A stretch of 62,304 bases of DNA. It comes from an uncultured Alphaproteobacteria bacterium (GTDB taxonomy: Bacteria; Pseudomonadota; Alphaproteobacteria; JAPULJ01). The translations under genes and the position numbers were made by a program. The notes beneath the pieces were generated by a model. The model saw only the letters and a program-made list of their open reading frames with translations, had not been told where the DNA came from and searched no databases. Below, in pieces: positions 42,728 through 52,292 of the stretch (positions are counted from its first letter, which is position 1; every line of letters begins with the position of its first letter). The DNA lies in assembly GCA_964494065.1 (NCBI GenBank), contig CAZBRE010000005.1, forward strand, positions 1-62,304. The letters run 5' to 3'.

Positions 42728-43639
42728 TCACTCCTCGCCGGGCGATTTCTTCTTCTTTGGTTTGCTGCGAATTGGCGGCAACGCCGCGAGATAGGCCGCG
42801 ATGGCTTTCAGGTCGGCGTCCGTCAGCTTGGAGGTGTTGTATTCGACGACCTCGGTCATCTCGCCGCCAATGAAATCGCCGTCCGGCAGAATCCCGAGCT
42901 TTAGTACGCTCACGAGATCTTCTGCGCTCCAGTTGCCGATACCGGTCTCCTTGTGCGGCGTGATATTCGGGGCGCCGCCCTTTTGGTCCGCCGAGCCCGA
43001 CATGGACAGGTTCCGCTTGAGGCCACCCAGCGAATTTCGCGGCGTATGGCATTCACCGCAGTGGCCGAGCGCCCTCACCAAATAAGCGCCCCGGTTCCAA
43101 GGCTTTGATTTCGCGGGATCCGGTGCAAGCGGCCCGGGCCTGAAATTCATCCATTTCCAGAAGGTGACGAGGAAACGGATGTTGTAGGGAAATGCGAGCT
43201 CATGCGGCTTGTTCGGCCGATCAACGGGCTTCACGGTTCGCAGGTAGGCCCACAAGGCGCCAATATCCCGATCCGTCATTCGCGTGAACGACGTGTATGG
43301 AAATGCCGGATAATAGTGGCGGCCCGATGGGGCTCGGCCGTGCCGGAGCGCGCGCCTGAACTGGGCTTCGGTCCAGCGGCCAATTCCATGCTTGGGATGC
43401 GGCGTGATGTTCGGCCCAATAAACGTTCCGAATGGCGTTTTCAGAACCCGGCCACCGCCAAGGATCGGCCCCTTGGCCTTCAAGGTCGCTTTGTCGGTGT
43501 GGCAGGCGATACAGCCGCCCGCGTAGAGCAGGTACTTGCCGCGTTCAACCGCGGACGCCTCTGCACGCGCATCGGCGCCTTGTGTCACGGCAAGAATCTG
43601 AGCAGCGCCGAACGCCAATCCAGCGAGTACAAGACGCAA
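42728..43639 (-). CDS. Dihaem cytochrome c
   Basis: Signal peptide; two CxxCH motifs (GCIACH, HCGECHTPR); GPNITP, HYYPAFPY. Confidence 0.9.
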   Translation of the reverse strand: MRLVLAGLAFGAAQILAVTQGADARAEASAVERGKYLLYAGGCIACHTDKATLKAKGPILGGGRVLKTPFGTFIGPNITPHPKHGIGRWTEAQFRRALRHGRAPSGRHYYPAFPYTSFTRMTDRDIGALWAYLRTVKPVDRPNKPHELAFPYNIRFLVTFWKWMNFRPGPLAPDPAKSKPWNRGAYLVRALGHCGECHTPRNSLGGLKRNLSMSGSADQKGGAPNITPHKETGIGNWSAEDLVSVLKLGILPDGDFIGGEMTEVVEYNTSKLTDADLKAIAAYLAALPPIRSKPKKKKSPGEE

Positions 43640-43720
43640 CCCTTAAAGCCCCCTACCGCAAACACACGAAAGGCGGCGGACCATCGCCCGCCGCCCCCGC
43701 ACTATATCAGGATTCTTCGA

Positions 43721-44200
43721 TTACTTCTTCTTGGCGCGGTACGTGCCATGGCAGCCGCCGCATCCGACCTTGCCGGTGCGGCCAAATTGCGACATCGCGG
43801 CCTTGGCGTCACCCGTCTTGAGCGCCGCCACGAGCTTGGCCGACTCTGCCGTCAGGTTAGCTGCGGCTTTCTGGAATCCGGCCCAATCTTGCCAGATCTT
43901 CGGCAACGCTCTGGACTTGCCGGCGGCTTGGCCGGAGCCCGACGGTGTCACGACGGGGATGATTTTCGACAGGTGGTTGATCGCCATCGCCTGACGCGCC
44001 GCCGCTTGAATTCGCTTCTTATCGCCACTCTTGATCGCCGCGACGGTGGCGCCGAAATGCGCGCCAATCGACTGCATGACCGCCTTGCGCAGCGCCAACG
44101 ACTCGGCCGGGCTGGCCGCAAACGCTGTGGCGCCCGACATCGCCACTAGGCTGCCGGCGACGGCCGCGACCGCGAGATGCCGCTTCGTGAGTATCCGCAT
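43721..44200 (-). CDS. Cytochrome c' (class II)
   Basis: Signal peptide; RKAVMQ, ALPKIWQDWAGF; C-terminal CGGCH. Confidence 0.92.
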   Translation of the reverse strand: MRILTKRHLAVAAVAGSLVAMSGATAFAASPAESLALRKAVMQSIGAHFGATVAAIKSGDKKRIQAAARQAMAINHLSKIIPVVTPSGSGQAAGKSRALPKIWQDWAGFQKAAANLTAESAKLVAALKTGDAKAAMSQFGRTGKVGCGGCHGTYRAKKK

Positions 44201-44338
44201 TTACAGGCTCCTCTCCCGTTGTTGCCCCGGCGGACACCCCCACAAAACCGCCGGATACCCTAGCTCACTTCAATCCCAATGAATTCAGAGACTATCACCG
44301 CTATTCGGCGGTTGGACAATCACCGTTGTGTGAGCATA

Positions 44339-44361
44339 ATTGTTGCTCAATTAGCAACAAT
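44339..44361. promoter_or_regulatory. LysR recognition site
   Basis: ATTGTTGCT-caatt-AGCAACAAT, a perfect inverted repeat containing T-N11-A, just before the lysR start. Confidence 0.75.
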
Positions 44362-44372
44362 AGGGCGCCGCA

Positions 44373-45290
44373 ATGGACATATTCCATTCGATGCAGATAT
44401 TTGCCCGCATCGTCGAAACCGAAAGCTATACCGAGGCCGCCGAGAAGTTGGGTTTGTCCCGTTCCGCCGTAAGCAAGCGCGTAACGCAGCTGGAGACGGA
44501 GTTGGGCGCCAAGCTGCTCAACCGCACCACACGCCGGGTCATCCCCACCGAGGCGGGATTGGTCTATTACGACCGCTGCAGGCGCATCCTCACCGAGGTC
44601 GACGATGCGGGCCAATTGGTCCAGCGCCTGCATTCCGATGCCGGCCGTTCGCTGACGGTAAACGCCCCGGTCTCGTTCGGGATTCGCCATCTCGGATCCG
44701 CCATAGCTGGTTTCGCCGCCGGTCATCCCGATCTCGAATTGAGCGTCAGCCTGTCGGATCGGTTCGCCAATCTGAATGAAGAAGGACATGACGTTGCGCT
44801 ACGCGTCGCCAAGCAGGTCGAGCCCAGCCTGGTTGCCGAGCGCATCGCGCCGATCCGTGTGGTGCTGACCGCGTCGCCGACATATCTGGAACGCCACGGC
44901 ATGCCCAACGAGCCGGATGATCTGGCGGCGCATAGCTGCCTTCACTACACCTATCTCGCTTCGCGCGATCTTTGGACCTTCATCGGGCCGGACGGCGCTC
45001 GCACTTTGCGGGTCTCCGGCAGGATCACGGCCAACAATGGCGACATTTTGATGGACGCCGCGCTGAGTGGCCTGGGCATCGCGCATTTACCGACATTCTT
45101 CGTTCACCGTGAGTTGCAGGCCGGCCGTTTGCGGATCGTGATGCCCGACTACAAGATACCCGAGAGCTCACTCTTCGCCGTCTATCCGCCGAACCGACAA
45201 TCGAGCGGAATGGTCGGACTGTTGGTCGAGCATTTGCGCGAGCATTTCGGTCCGGAGCCCTATTGGGACCGACAGCTAACGCGCGCTTGA
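44373..45290 (+). CDS. LysR-family regulator (CrgA/DmlR-like)
   Basis: SYTEAAEKLGLSRSAVSKRVTQLETELGAKLLNRTTRR; DVALR; GLGIAHLP. Confidence 0.93.
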   Translation: MDIFHSMQIFARIVETESYTEAAEKLGLSRSAVSKRVTQLETELGAKLLNRTTRRVIPTEAGLVYYDRCRRILTEVDDAGQLVQRLHSDAGRSLTVNAPVSFGIRHLGSAIAGFAAGHPDLELSVSLSDRFANLNEEGHDVALRVAKQVEPSLVAERIAPIRVVLTASPTYLERHGMPNEPDDLAAHSCLHYTYLASRDLWTFIGPDGARTLRVSGRITANNGDILMDAALSGLGIAHLPTFFVHRELQAGRLRIVMPDYKIPESSLFAVYPPNRQSSGMVGLLVEHLREHFGPEPYWDRQLTRA

Positions 45291-45440
45291 GTACGTGCCA
45301 CGGCATTTGGCGCTCTGTCTCGTGCAACGATACCGGCCCAATTGACATCGCATCGTTGATGGGGAACAAGAGCCTGTCCCCACCTCCCGCGGCACGCTGG
45401 TTCTGGTCCGATACCTGTCTTGCGGCGCACACCGTGTCGA

Positions 45441-45468
45441 TTGCCATTTGCCATTTGCTATTTGCCAA
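45441..45468 (+). repeat. Heptamer tandem repeat, 4 copies, abutting the LOG start codon
   Basis: TTGCCAT TTGCCAT TTGCTAT TTGCCAA(TG). Confidence 0.8.
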
Positions 45469-46052
45469 TGACAGCGATCTCCAGTCTATGCGTCTATTGC
45501 GGCTCGTCGGCGGGGGCATCGCCGATCTATGCCGCAGCAGCCGAACGTCTGGGCTCGGAACTGGCGGCGCGCGGTATCCGCCTTGTCTATGGTGGTGGCC
45601 GTGTCGGGCTCATGGGCGTTCTTGCTGACGCGGTCCTCAAGGGAGGCGGCGCCGTGACCGGGATCATTCCAGGTCATCTGCAAGAGCGGGAAGTCGGGCA
45701 CAGTACTCTTAGCGAGCTCATCGTCGTCGAGACGATGCACGAGCGCAAAGCCAAGATGTCCGAATTGGCCGATGCCTTTGCTGTCCTGCCCGGCGGACTT
45801 GGAACCCTGGACGAGACCTTCGAAATCGTCACCTGGCGGCAGTTGCGGCTGCATGACAAGCCGGTGATCATCATCGACGTCGACGGCTATTGGGGCCCGC
45901 TTCAACAGATGATCGCCGCCATGACCGAAGGCGGTTTCGTGCGCAAGGAACATGCCGCGCTCTTTATCGTGGTCCCGGGAGTTGAAGAGGCTTTCGAGGC
46001 GCTCGATAAGGCACCGGCCCCCCGCTTTGGGCTCGACAGCAAGCATTTGTAG
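45468..46052 (+). CDS. LOG-family nucleotide phosphoribohydrolase (TIGR00730-like)
   Basis: [34 protein letters not shown]. Confidence 0.93.
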   Translation: MTAISSLCVYCGSSAGASPIYAAAAERLGSELAARGIRLVYGGGRVGLMGVLADAVLKGGGAVTGIIPGHLQEREVGHSTLSELIVVETMHERKAKMSELADAFAVLPGGLGTLDETFEIVTWRQLRLHDKPVIIIDVDGYWGPLQQMIAAMTEGGFVRKEHAALFIVVPGVEEAFEALDKAPAPRFGLDSKHL

Positions 46053-46195
46053 CGCAGCCGCGCAAGCCGCGGCTTTCGGCCACCATCCAGTCCCTTGCCA
46101 TTCGCAGGTGCAGTGATATGGTCCGGCCGGCTCGTGGCCCCCAGCCCCGCACCGATTTTCCGTCCACCCGCAGACACAAGGAATGCCTGGAAGAC

Positions 46196-47416
46196 ATGGC
46201 GAAGATTAAGGTCAAGAACCCGATCGTCGAGATCGACGGCGACGAGATGACACGGATCATCTGGGCGTTCATCAAGGACAAGCTGATCCTTCCCTATCTC
46301 GATGTCGATTTGAAGTATTACGACCTCAGCATCGAGAAGCGCGACGAGACCGACGACCAGATCACGATCGATTCGGCCGAAGCCATCAAAGAGCATGGGG
46401 TGGGCGTCAAATGCGCCACCATCACCCCCGACGAAGCGCGGGTCGAGGAGTTCGGTCTCAAACAGATGTGGCGATCGCCGAATGGCACGATCCGCAATAT
46501 CCTCGGCGGCACCGTCTTCCGCGAGCCGATCATTTGCGAGAATGTGCCGCGGCTGGTGCCGGGCTGGACCAAGCCGATCATCATCGGCCGTCATGCCTTC
46601 GGCGACCAATACCGCGCAACCGATTTCGTGGTGCCGGGCGCCGGCAAGCTGACCCTCACATGGGAGGGCAAGGACGGCCAGAAAATCGAGCGCGAGGTGT
46701 TCGACTTCCCCGATGGCGGCATCGCGATGGCGATGTACAACCTCGATGAGTCGATCCGCGGCTTCGCGCGGGCCTGCCTCAACTACGGCCTGATGCGGAA
46801 CCACGACGTCTATCTGTCGACGAAGAACACGATTCTCAAAGCCTATGATGGCCGCTTCAAGGATCTGTTCCAGGAGATCTTTGACACCGAGTTCAAGGAT
46901 CAATACGAGGCGAAGAAGATCACCTACGAGCATCGCCTGATCGACGACATGGTGGCCGCCGCCCTCAAATGGTCCGGCGGCTTCGTCTGGGCGTGCAAGA
47001 ACTACGATGGCGACGTGCAGTCCGACACGGTGGCCCAGGGCTTCGGCTCGCTGGGGCTGATGACGTCGGTGCTGATGACCCCCGACGGCAAGACGGTTGA
47101 GGCGGAGGCCGCGCACGGCACGGTGACGCGTCACTACCGCGAGCACCAGAAAGGCCGCGAAACCTCGACCAATCCAATCGCCTCGATCTTCGCCTGGACG
47201 CGTGGGCTCAAATATCGCGGTCAGTTCGATGATACGCCCGACGTCACCGCTTTCGCCGACACGCTGGAACAGGTCTGCGTCTCGACCGTTGAGTCCGGCT
47301 TCATGACCAAGGATCTGGCCCTCCTGATCGGTCCCGACCAGAAGTGGCTCACCACCAACCAGTTCCTCGACAAGCTCAACGAGAACCTCGCGGCTGCGAT
47401 GGAAAAAGCCGCCTGA
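46196..47416 (+). CDS. icd: NADP-dependent isocitrate dehydrogenase
   Basis: [45 protein letters not shown]; start ATG 46196. Confidence 0.97.
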   Translation: MAKIKVKNPIVEIDGDEMTRIIWAFIKDKLILPYLDVDLKYYDLSIEKRDETDDQITIDSAEAIKEHGVGVKCATITPDEARVEEFGLKQMWRSPNGTIRNILGGTVFREPIICENVPRLVPGWTKPIIIGRHAFGDQYRATDFVVPGAGKLTLTWEGKDGQKIEREVFDFPDGGIAMAMYNLDESIRGFARACLNYGLMRNHDVYLSTKNTILKAYDGRFKDLFQEIFDTEFKDQYEAKKITYEHRLIDDMVAAALKWSGGFVWACKNYDGDVQSDTVAQGFGSLGLMTSVLMTPDGKTVEAEAAHGTVTRHYREHQKGRETSTNPIASIFAWTRGLKYRGQFDDTPDVTAFADTLEQVCVSTVESGFMTKDLALLIGPDQKWLTTNQFLDKLNENLAAAMEKAA

Positions 47417-47437
47417 CAGCGCGCCCGATGGGCACAC

Positions 47438-47467
47438 AAAAAACCGGGCCCCGTAAGGGGCCCGGTT
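47438..47467. terminator. Rho-independent terminator (U-tract on the minus strand, for hsp20)
   Basis: AAAA-AACCGGGCCCC-GTAA-GGGGCCCGGTT. Confidence 0.88.
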
Positions 47468-47500
47468 CGTGTTTCATCGAGTGGGAGGTCGCTGCGAGCG

Positions 47501-47995
47501 TCAGGCGCTCTTGATCGAGATCTTCTTGACCGTCTCCTTGGCACCTTCAGCCTTGGGGATCGTGACCGTGAGGACGCCATTGGCGAAACCGGCGTCGATC
47601 TTCTCGGCGTCGGCCTCGGCCGGCAGCGTCAGCCGGCGCTCGAACGAACCGTAGCTGCGCTCGACGCGGTGATAGTTCTTGTCCTTCTCTTCGCTTTCGG
47701 AGCGCTTCTCGCCCTTTATGGAGAGAACGCCCTCGGAGACGGTCACGTCGAGGTCCTTCTCCGCAACGCCGGGCAGTTCCACAGATATCTCGAAGGCCTT
47801 GTCGCTTTCGGCGACATCAAGGCTGGGGGAAATCGCCGGCACCGCAGCCGCCTCGGCGCGGCCGGCAGGGCCCTCGTCGCCGAAAAAGTCCTCGAACAGA
47901 CGGTCAAACTGCGAGCGGAACTGCCGGAACGGATCGTATCCGCCGGTCGTGAGCGCGCGCTTGGAAATACGGGGGGAAAGGTATTGCAGTCGCAT
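47501..47995 (-). CDS. Small heat-shock protein (Hsp20)
   Basis: PSLDVAES...ELPGV...GVLSIKGEK...ERSYGSFERRLTLP...NGVLTVTIPK. Confidence 0.95.
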   Translation of the reverse strand: MRLQYLSPRISKRALTTGGYDPFRQFRSQFDRLFEDFFGDEGPAGRAEAAAVPAISPSLDVAESDKAFEISVELPGVAEKDLDVTVSEGVLSIKGEKRSESEEKDKNYHRVERSYGSFERRLTLPAEADAEKIDAGFANGVLTVTIPKAEGAKETVKKISIKSA

Positions 47996-48093
47996 GGCTA
48001 CATATCCTCCTTCAGAAGCAACATGTAGAGATCAGACGGTCCACCACCATGGTCGGACCTATGTCGGTATCGGCCCCGAATGGGCTCCGATAC
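47996..48093 (-). promoter_or_regulatory. ROSE-type RNA thermometer in the hsp20 5' UTR
   Basis: Three hairpins; the last, CTACATGTTGCTTCTGAAGGAGGATATGTAG, pairs the UUGCU motif with the SD and leaves a bulged G. Confidence 0.8.
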
Positions 48094-48098
48094 ATTTT

Positions 48099-48126
48099 AG
48101 ATATTCAAACCCGGACCGATTTCAAG
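48099..48126 (-). promoter_or_regulatory. Sigma32-like promoter of hsp20
   Basis: CTTGAA-N15-AATATCT on the minus strand, ending a few nt before hairpin 1. Confidence 0.6.
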
Positions 48127-48191
48127 TCCGAGCCGAAACGATTTGCTTTCAATATTATTGTTTATTTTCAATAAATTACAAATTCCTGCCA

Positions 48192-49859
48192 TCACGCAAG
48201 ACCGGCACTGTTTCGCTCGATGACCGCGTCGAGATCGAGCCCCGTCGGAAGTGTGCCATAGGTGTGGTGCCGGTCTTCGCCGAGGCGCGACGCACAGAAG
48301 GCATCGGCCACCGCCGGCGGCGCATGGCGGACCAACAGCGCGCCTTCGAGTGCGAGCGCCATCGCCTCCGTCGTCCGCCGCGCCCGCATCTCAGCCTCCT
48401 CGACATCCGCCAACATGGCCTTCACGTCGTCGATCGCATGATCGAGCCGCCGATCGCCGCCTCGCGACGCCTCGAGCTCGCCGATGAAGATCGCGACACT
48501 GTCGGGCTCCCGCTGCATCGCGCGCAATACGTCTAGGCAAATCACATTGCCCGAGCCTTCCCAAATGCCGTTCAACGGCGCTTCACGATAAAGCCTGGGC
48601 ATCCCGCTTTCCTCGACATATCCGGCCCCGCCCAGGCACTCCATCGACTCGTTGACCAGCCCGGCATTGCGCTTGTTGAGCCAATATTTCGCGACCGCGA
48701 CGGCGAGCCGCCCAAACAGACGCTCGGACTCGTCGCGCTCGCTGTTGTCGTAGGCGCGCGCAATCCGCATGACCATCGTGGTGCCCGCTTCGCATTCCAC
48801 AGCCATGTCGGCCAGGACATTGCGCATCAGTGGTTGCTGCGACAGCAGCCGCTGGAACGCAGTCCGATGCCGCGCATGGTGAAGCGCACGCACCATGGCC
48901 TGGCGCATCATGCCGGCGGGGGCGAGCGCCGTATCGAGGCGTGTGTGCTGCACCATCTCCATGATGGTGCGAATGCCGGCGCCCTCCTCGCCCACCATGC
49001 GGGCCCAGGTGTTGTGATACTCGATCTCGGAGGAGGCATTCGACTTGTTGCCCAGCTTGTCCTTCAGACGCTGGATCATGAAAGCATTGCGCGTGCCGTC
49101 CGGCCGCCACCGCGGCACGAAGAAACACGAAAGGCCGCCCTCCGCATAGGCCAGCGTGAGGAACGCATCGGACATCGGCGCCGAGCAGAACCACTTGTGG
49201 CCGACCAGTTCGTACTCACCTCCCGGCCCACCGCCATTGAGCGGTTCTGCCCGGGTCGTGTTCGCGCGGACGTCGGAGCCGCCCTGCTTTTCGGTCATCG
49301 CCATGCCGATCGTGACCCCGGCCTTCTCGTTCGCCGGAATGCAGCGCTTGTCGTAATCCCGCGAAAGGATCAGAGGTTCCCATTCCGCTGCCAAGTCGGG
49401 TTGGTTTCGCAAGGCGGGAATGGCCGCATAGGTCATGGCCATCGGGCAGCAGACCCCGGCCTCGACTTGGATCAGCATATATTCGAGCGCGGTGTGGACG
49501 ACATGGCCGCCCGACTTGGCGGTCCAGGCGGCTGTCGGAACCTCATGCTCGATCGCCAGCGCCATCAGTTCATGATAGGCCGGATGGAACTCGACCTCGT
49601 CGATCCGGCGACCATAGCGGTCGAACAGCCGGAGTTCGGGCGGATGCTCGTTCGCCAGGCGGCCAAGCTCGAACGCCTCCTCGCTGCCCAGGCGCTCGCC
49701 GAACGCGCGCACCTTCTCCTCGGCCGATTTCCCGCCTTCGCGGCGTAGCGCCTCCTTCAAGGCCGGATCGCCATCGTAAAGATTATAGGGCTCGAACGGC
49801 GGCGGCTGGTTCGTCACCTCGTGGGTTGCGAGCGTGCTGATCGGATCGCGGGCGGCCAT
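48192..49859 (-). CDS. AidB-like acyl-CoA dehydrogenase
   Basis: THEVTNQPPP, CPMAMTYA, GMAMTEKQGGSD, RLKDKLGNKSNASSE, IWEGSGNVICLD; start ATG 49859. Confidence 0.92.
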   Translation of the reverse strand: MAARDPISTLATHEVTNQPPPFEPYNLYDGDPALKEALRREGGKSAEEKVRAFGERLGSEEAFELGRLANEHPPELRLFDRYGRRIDEVEFHPAYHELMALAIEHEVPTAAWTAKSGGHVVHTALEYMLIQVEAGVCCPMAMTYAAIPALRNQPDLAAEWEPLILSRDYDKRCIPANEKAGVTIGMAMTEKQGGSDVRANTTRAEPLNGGGPGGEYELVGHKWFCSAPMSDAFLTLAYAEGGLSCFFVPRWRPDGTRNAFMIQRLKDKLGNKSNASSEIEYHNTWARMVGEEGAGIRTIMEMVQHTRLDTALAPAGMMRQAMVRALHHARHRTAFQRLLSQQPLMRNVLADMAVECEAGTTMVMRIARAYDNSERDESERLFGRLAVAVAKYWLNKRNAGLVNESMECLGGAGYVEESGMPRLYREAPLNGIWEGSGNVICLDVLRAMQREPDSVAIFIGELEASRGGDRRLDHAIDDVKAMLADVEEAEMRARRTTEAMALALEGALLVRHAPPAVADAFCASRLGEDRHHTYGTLPTGLDLDAVIERNSAGLA

Positions 49860-50129
49860 GGCACATCTCCCTCTAGCAATGCGGCAACGGCACAAAGATT
49901 ATCGCAGCCTCCGCCGGCAAACTCAGTTGAAATGCGCAGCGCATTGGCAGCTGAAGCGTGTCCAATTTGTCGCACTACCGGGGAGGATGACCCGTTCAGG
50001 CCCCGTACTACTTATTGGAGGCCTGGGAAATCAGCCGGTCTACTATTGCCGCCGTGGCATGACGTTCATTGCTGCGGTAGTATGGTTAATGCAAAGCGAT
50101 CGCGTCACTTAGGATCGGATACACAGCCA

Positions 50130-51107
50130 ATGAGAGCCTACAAACGGTTCCTGCTTGCCAGCGCTGCGATAATCACCCTTGGGGGGCAGCAGGCCTATGC
50201 CGCCGATCGCATCGGCACGGCGGCCGCGGTCCGCAACCAGGCAACCGGCACTCTTGGATCTGAGACCCGCACGCTCAAATCCGGCCTCGGGGTGTTCAAG
50301 AACGAACGCGTCGACACGGCCCGCAATGCCAGCGCGCAGTTGATCTTCAGGGACGAGACCGCGCTCACCATCGGCCCCAATTCCAGCGTCACGCTCGACC
50401 AGTTCGTCTATGACCCCAGCCGCAACGCCGGCAAGGCAGTTATCCGCGCCACCAAGGGCGCGTTTCGGTTTGTCTCCGGTTCGGTCGACCCGCGCTCCTA
50501 CGAGATCAAAACCCCCGTCGGCACGATGGGCGTGCGCGGGACGATCGCCGATTTCTTTTTCCTGCCCAATGGCGGGCTCGTCCTTATCCTGGTTCAGGGT
50601 GGACTTCTCTTCACGCCGGCCGACGCACCAACGCGCACCATCCGGCTCACCAAGCCGGGCCAGTCGCTCATCATTTACCCCGGCGGCCAGACCGTCGGCC
50701 CACGGCCCTGGGATGGGACGATCAACGGTGTGCTCGCCCGATCGGGGGTCCCGAACCTCGGCCCGCCGTTCCTCTCGACCTCCGCCGGGACGTGGGACAC
50801 GCCTTATAGCAGCCGCGATATCAACACCGCGGTCGGCGGCGAAACCCCGGTGCCGCCGGCGCAGCTGCCGGTCGGATATGTCTGTTGGGTCGCCCGTGCG
50901 GTTTATGGCGAGTCCGATCCGAACTGGCTGCTATTCCGCGGCTGGTTGCTCGTCGACGCACCGGCCTGGTTCCGCCGCTTCTATATCCGTCACGGCGCAC
51001 GGCTGGCCCGTTGGCTGGCGCCACGCGGTTACCTGAAGGCTCCACTGCGGCGCTGGATGGACGCGCGCATTGCCGGTCATGTCGCCCGCGGTCGACGAAC
51101 GATCTAG
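50130..51107 (+). CDS. Exported FecR-domain protein with a C-terminal CWVAR-box module
   Basis: Signal peptide (QAYA); AQLIFRDETALTIGP...LDQFVYDP...TPVGTMGVRGT; tail CWVARAVYG...FRGWL...APAWFRRFY...LRRWMD; start ATG 50130. Confidence 0.8.
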   Translation: MRAYKRFLLASAAIITLGGQQAYAADRIGTAAAVRNQATGTLGSETRTLKSGLGVFKNERVDTARNASAQLIFRDETALTIGPNSSVTLDQFVYDPSRNAGKAVIRATKGAFRFVSGSVDPRSYEIKTPVGTMGVRGTIADFFFLPNGGLVLILVQGGLLFTPADAPTRTIRLTKPGQSLIIYPGGQTVGPRPWDGTINGVLARSGVPNLGPPFLSTSAGTWDTPYSSRDINTAVGGETPVPPAQLPVGYVCWVARAVYGESDPNWLLFRGWLLVDAPAWFRRFYIRHGARLARWLAPRGYLKAPLRRWMDARIAGHVARGRRTI

Positions 51108-52273
51108 TCCAACAACGTCAAGCACGCCTCAACGATTGTCCCCAACGCGTCGATGGGACCGCGCGCCATGATGGACTGCGCGCAAACGGCTGCATGATGG
51201 ACGTATCGGTCCTCTGACAGGATCGCATCGATCGCATCGCAGACTTGACGCGCGGTGAGACCGACCTCCAACGTCCGGGATACCCCCAAGCGGTCGAGCG
51301 CCGCGGCGGTTGCGTCTTTCTCAAGATCGTAGGGCAGCGTCAGTTGCGGCCGGCCCGCCGCAAGGGCGGCCTGGACGAACCCCGCCGATGCGTATCCGAC
51401 GACCGCGGCGGATTCCGGCAGGACCTCGATCAGGTCGGCGGGTTCGGCGAGCACGGTGACGCCCTGTTCAGCAAGCGACGCGCCAATCGTGCCGGGATCG
51501 CCCCGCACATGGCACGTCACATCCGCATCGGCAGCACCAAGTCCGGCCGCTATTTCATAAAGATCCGGATGCTCGACACCGATATAGGCGAATACCGATC
51601 GGTCGCTGGGCCGTGGGCGATAAGCGGGCAAGGGTTCGACCGGCCCCAATAGTTGCTCATTACGCTGTTCGCCGTAAGGATCGAGCTCCGGCAACGCACA
51701 AACGCCCCGATACTCCGCGGCGAAAACAGATGGCAGGGTTTGCGGTACGTCCCGGCCGCGATGTCGCTGAACCTCCGTTACAGTCTCCAGCAGCTTCGTT
51801 TCGTCCACGACCCGTCTGACACCGGGTTTCAGCGACGGAAACGCCGGCATATTTGTGGGCGGCAGCTCAAATCCATTTCCCATCAGCGCCAAGGGGATCG
51901 AGCCATGCGCGGTCAAGGCCGCCGTCGGGCTGTGGTTGGCAATGATCAAATCGGGGGCAACGAGGTCCAAAAGGTCCTGCCAGGCGCTCGTCATCAGCAT
52001 CAACGCCGGAACACTGTCGAAGCCAAGCAGGGCCAGCAGATCGCCGTAACTCACCCCTTTCTCGGTTCGCAAACCGGGCCATTTCGGCGCCTGCAGCACA
52101 GGGAACCCGGCCCGCCGGAGCAGCAGCCCCGGTCGCACCACGTCGGCCATCGCGCACACGACCCGAACCTCATGCTCCGCAAGAGCGTTGCCCACACGGA
52201 ACAGCGGCGCGACATGGCCGTAGCCCGCACCCAACTCGTTGATCAAGAGAACCGTTTTTGTGGCGGTGGCCAC
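51104..52273 (-). CDS. GT-B fold glycosyltransferase
   Basis: ELGAGYGHVAPL N-terminal motif, PDLIIAN, GRPQLTLPYDLEK. Confidence 0.8.
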   Translation of the reverse strand: MATATKTVLLINELGAGYGHVAPLFRVGNALAEHEVRVVCAMADVVRPGLLLRRAGFPVLQAPKWPGLRTEKGVSYGDLLALLGFDSVPALMLMTSAWQDLLDLVAPDLIIANHSPTAALTAHGSIPLALMGNGFELPPTNMPAFPSLKPGVRRVVDETKLLETVTEVQRHRGRDVPQTLPSVFAAEYRGVCALPELDPYGEQRNEQLLGPVEPLPAYRPRPSDRSVFAYIGVEHPDLYEIAAGLGAADADVTCHVRGDPGTIGASLAEQGVTVLAEPADLIEVLPESAAVVGYASAGFVQAALAAGRPQLTLPYDLEKDATAAALDRLGVSRTLEVGLTARQVCDAIDAILSEDRYVHHAAVCAQSIMARGPIDALGTIVEACLTLLD

Positions 52274-52292
52274 CGTGCGCCGCGCCGCTACG

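Noticed and set aside
50054-50072. TGGCA...TTGC as a sigma54 promoter for the FecR gene
   Set aside because: GG to GC spacing is 13 nt rather than the required 10.
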